Origin: Craspedostauros australis
Lineage: Eukaryota
Assembly (NCBI GenBank): GCA_030167865.1
Contig: JALAGF010002059.1
Span: forward strand, 1-64,000
DNA: 64,000 nt
Direction of reading: 5' to 3'
Part shown: positions 60,443-64,000 of the stretch, piece by piece
Layout: each line of letters begins with the position of its first letter
How positions within the stretch are numbered: position 1 is the first letter of the stretch
Position numbers and translations under genes: made by a program
Notes under the pieces: model-generated
What the model was told of the DNA's origin: nothing
Databases searched by the model: none
What the model saw: the letters and a program-made list of their open reading frames with translations, nothing else

Positions 60443-61456
60443 CTACGCAGCTGCCGTGCCGATTGCGCAGACTGCCGAGCCCTCGAAGCAGCACACGTTC
60501 AGGTGCAGCTCCTTCACTGTCTCAACTCCCATGACCGCAATCAGCGTTGCCGAGCAAGATGGGTACTTCAGCAAAAAGTCGAGGTAGTTGATGCAATTCA
60601 AAATCGCCTCCTGGCAACCGAAGTAGTGGTTGACGTAGGTGAGATTGTTGGTTGCAGCCACGCCCAGAACGAACGAAGCCGATGCGATGTGTGCTGGCAA
60701 ATCGCATGGGCGGCAGTCGGTTGCTTGGCATTGCAGCACCTTGTTGTACATGGACCGAGAGCGTTCCATGAGCTCTTCGCTTCGTATGGCCACGGCCTGG
60801 ACTTGGTAGAGGAGCGCGATGTTGAAGATGACCGAAGCGCTGTACGTGCGGAGAGTGTCGACTGATCGAATGGCATGCTCCGCCGAGAACATGATTGGGT
60901 GGCGCACCACGTAGAACGTTTCATGCTGGCCTCCGTTTGCTGTGTGTGCAGAGGGAGAAGATGACGAAGGTGAAATCACAACGGAAGGGACAATGTGGAT
61001 AATGTTTGTTGGCTCGCCCTGTGGCAGCGTGCTTGCGGCATTCGATGCCATCGCATCCATCTTGTCATCCATGTGCTCTTGATCATGGCCGTCGGTGCCA
61101 CTACCACTATCATCGGTGCTATCGTTGTCGATGTCAGAGTTTTCATGGATGGTAGTTTCGGTGATCCTGTCGGAGCTATCACAGTCGCCGTCAATGTCAA
61201 TGTCCATGTCGTCGTTGCTTGCATCCATTGAGGTGCTCGGGGCGGATGGGACGGGCGACTTGGTGGATTTCTTCGCAGCATTCTTCTCCGCAATGCACTC
61301 GCGCTTGAGCAGTGCCTGGAGCAGAGCCAGCGCTAATGTGAAGGAATGCATGGCCTTTGTGTAGCTGTTTGTCATGTGCTCGACGCCTTCGTTGTTGAGG
61401 AAGATGGTTTCCATCAACATGGAGTCCGTTGATTCTGCCTTGTGTTGTGCGTTCAT
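60443..61456 (-). CDS. Hypothetical TPR-like helical protein
   Basis: LNNEGV..A..F..AL, acidic linker, SASVIFNIALLYQ, TNNL and terminal GTAAA; matches a pattern I recall from a diatom-expanded family. Confidence 0.7.
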   Translation of the reverse strand: MNAQHKAESTDSMLMETIFLNNEGVEHMTNSYTKAMHSFTLALALLQALLKRECIAEKNAAKKSTKSPVPSAPSTSMDASNDDMDIDIDGDCDSSDRITETTIHENSDIDNDSTDDSGSGTDGHDQEHMDDKMDAMASNAASTLPQGEPTNIIHIVPSVVISPSSSSPSAHTANGGQHETFYVVRHPIMFSAEHAIRSVDTLRTYSASVIFNIALLYQVQAVAIRSEELMERSRSMYNKVLQCQATDCRPCDLPAHIASASFVLGVAATNNLTYVNHYFGCQEAILNCINYLDFLLKYPSCSATLIAVMGVETVKELHLNVCCFEGSAVCAIGTAAA

Positions 61457-62404
61457 TTTTATCGTGCGTCTGCGTCTGTGTTTTTGTGTTGGTTGTTGGT
61501 TGTTGTCGTTTTGGCAGGTTTTGAGAATTGTGAGTGGGCGCAGCAAACCTTTCGAGTTGGCTTCATTCCTGTGCGACTTGTGCCCACCAGCCAGCGCGCG
61601 AAGCATGGATTTGCACACACACAACACAGAAGAACAGAGAGAAAGCAGCGGAGACAGCAGCGACGATCGCAGCGAGCTTCGTTGATGCGCACGTGTCGCG
61701 TCCCAAACAACTGATGTGAGGTGGCGAGACATGATGGAGAACATTGGTGTCATTTCTGTTCCCGTCGCGTTTTTCTGCTCCGGCGTTCTCGATTGTCCAC
61801 GACGCGGGCTGAAGAGAGCAGCGGTAATGGCGCTCCTTTTCGGTGACATTCCATCACAAATATGCCTCACATTCCACTATTTTTGTTCGTGGCGAAAGTT
61901 GAAGGAGGCAACAAACACGGCCCAAAACCACAAATTGCGTCCGATCCTCCGAGATGTGAGGGATCGCGCCAAAACGTTACCTTCGCCTTCCACAAAGCAG
62001 GCATCTGACGTGTCATGCACCACGCCATGACGTCAAGCGAATTTGCGAAGTACTATCCAAAACAATTCGATCGTGGCTTCACAAGAAGGGGCACAGAAGA
62101 GACCACCAACGAACGAGAACCGGCGATCCACAAACAGCAAGGAGATGCGTCGTGCATGTCGAGTGCGTACGAGCTGACAGCAACGCCACCATCTTCGTCG
62201 CTGGCAACGACGCCGTCGCATTCCTGTCTTGCCAATGTTAATGTTAATGTTTGTGGACACTTGGCACGACCGTCAAAAAAGCTTCGCCAGAAGCAGCACA
62301 GTTGGCCACCGACACGAGAAAGAGTGGTGGAACCTGTTTGGGGCGAACCTTTGGATGCAGAGAAGACTGATGTTGCATCGCCCACTCGATTGCGTCGCTT
62401 CAGA

Positions 62405-62830
62405 CAGCAATCGACAAAGGCATCACCAACCTCCAACACCACACACGCGAATCTCCTGCACGCATTCAATCAGCACCCAGTATTCCTTTCATCACCATCG
62501 ATATAACTCCAGCTTTCTGAGATCAACCTGGAACCGGGTTGGTGGGATGACTCGTTCTGCTCTCCAATCGTAAGAAGACAGCATTCTACGTATGCACAGC
62601 TGCATGATCGCTACGCACCCACGCCAAATGTACCGCGCAAACGATTTCCTCGTTAGGTCAATGCAAATTGCTCTACGCTCTGCATCGCTACACACGGTAG
62701 CAAACCTGAAGACGCCGGAGAGGTACTTGCGCTCGATGCCTGCAAGCGCGCGGTTGCCAGAGAAGGAGTGGAATTCTCCTCTTCCGGATCGTGCATAGAC
62801 CGAATCATAGGTCAGAGGATGATGGCCATT
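62405..62830 (-). pseudogene. Possible decayed DUF6824-like gene fragment
   Basis: P.TYDSVYARSGRGEFHSFSGNRAL...ERRAICIDL in one frame, EYWVLIE...EIR in a second and EVGDAFVD in a third. These loosely follow the D..GRG..H.GN...W...KV..AFR order. Confidence 0.25.
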
Positions 62831-63467
62831 GGACGACATAGGCGAAGCACGCAACTTTCACCCCGCACTTTCAGAGCTCTGACATGCAAGGGTGTGCACA
62901 ATTTCAAGCTCCCAATTCCGCGCGAAATCAGTGATGCCTTGTCCTCCTCGCACTTCTGCGCACTGGCCATTTCTTGCCGGTACATACCTCCCCTTGTGCC
63001 GACGCCACAGTTGCGGATGCTGCAGAGAGGCATGATCGTGATGGTGCTGGTGGCCTCGCATGTCGTTCGTGATCTGTTCATAAAAACACGACTCATCCAA
63101 GCTAGTGCTCGTTCTTGTCGTTGTCGTTGTTGATGGCGAAGGTGTTGACGTGGTGGGTGGTGGTGAACGTGGAGGCAAACGCCGCCGTTTTCATTTACTT
63201 GAGGTTCTCATTGCCTTCGCATCGTAGCTCCTCTCGCAGCGGTCGTACCATCCCGATACTCGTACGTGTATCCGGACAGTCACCCAGCTCGCCTTCTGTT
63301 GCCCTTGTTGTGTGGTCTCTGCCGTGGCGGCATGACCAGCACAGCGACATCACGACCAACATCATCAAAATCATCCGCAAGTGGTGCGTGGCATCAACGG
63401 CAACAGCAACGTCAGCCGCAACATCAACATCAAGAGTACCAAGGAAGAGGGAACAGCAGCGGCGATT

Positions 63468-64000
63468 ATGAACGACTCAAACGATGATCCGGATTTCATC
63501 TTCGTCATCTTTGGTGGCATCGCCTTCGCTGCCGTTTGCCTCGGCTGCTGGCGCGGCATCATCATGTCTGATCTGCAGCAACGATTCGATATGCGACTGC
63601 AATCATTGAGGACGCAGGCGGACGACGCCATGCGAGCAAGCCTCCATGCCGACGCATCCCAACCGTTGCAAGCGCATCTTCCGCAAGACCACCAACACGA
63701 TCCACAGCACAGGAGCAGCCCGCCAATGGCCGTTCCGAACTCAGGGGTGTATCGAGCATTCCGGTCACGAGCACAGGCAGGTCGCGACGGGCAGCAAATG
63801 CTGCTGGAAGGTCGGACAGCGACGCTCCAGATTCAGTTCGTCCCCATCAAGGCGCTGTCGATAAAATCGTGGCACCGTCCGGGGGACACCACTATCGTCG
63901 GCTATCGCATCACCGGCACTGGCCATCACATCGATGGGCGCGTGGAGATCATCGAGGGCTCCGTGTGCTTGGATGGTAGCAATGCCTGGTGGGTGGAAAG
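63468..64000 (+). CDS. Hypothetical membrane-anchored protein, truncated by window end
   Basis: Open from ATG 63468 to the end of the window, so absent from the ORF track. Reads MNDSNDDPDFIFVIFGGIAFAAVCLGCW...PNSGVY...LQIQF...GYRITGTG..DG..EIIEG..AWWVE. Confidence 0.7.
   Translation, partial: MNDSNDDPDFIFVIFGGIAFAAVCLGCWRGIIMSDLQQRFDMRLQSLRTQADDAMRASLHADASQPLQAHLPQDHQHDPQHRSSPPMAVPNSGVYRAFRSRAQAGRDGQQMLLEGRTATLQIQFVPIKALSIKSWHRPGDTTIVGYRITGTGHHIDGRVEIIEGSVCLDGSNAWWVE

Overview
Eukaryotic nuclear DNA, most likely from a diatom. The basis is GT-AG introns, GC-rich coding against microsatellite-rich spacers, several bipartite signal peptide + 'AF/GF/SF' plastid presequences, and ORF families I recall as diatom-expanded; the species cannot be determined from sequence alone. 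The first ~2.3 kb is a non-coding TGCA-rich satellite / probable transposon remnant with a 65-N gap. About 26 protein-coding genes follow, nine of them spliced, which I reconstructed by hand. They include bacterial-type 2,4-dienoyl-CoA reductase (FadH), a KIX-like protein, lipase maturation factor, a WD40 protein, a bromodomain-ET protein, a flavoprotein monooxygenase-like gene next to an O-methyltransferase, Pol III RPC8, a plastid DnaJ, two PP2C paralogues, a GT31-like glycosyltransferase, a ~1490-aa ankyrin-UBA protein, a patatin phospholipase, a HugZ/HOZ-like protein, a sulfotransferase, a bacterial-like MDR oxidoreductase, an Aralar-type mitochondrial carrier carrying an extra cyclic-nucleotide-binding-like domain, and Mpo1/DUF962. 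The most interesting items are the cNMP/EF-hand/carrier fusion, a PP2C with predicted luminal (type II) topology, and the monooxygenase + O-methyltransferase pair. I recognised no rRNA, tRNA or CRISPR array. All family calls are from motif recognition, not database searches.
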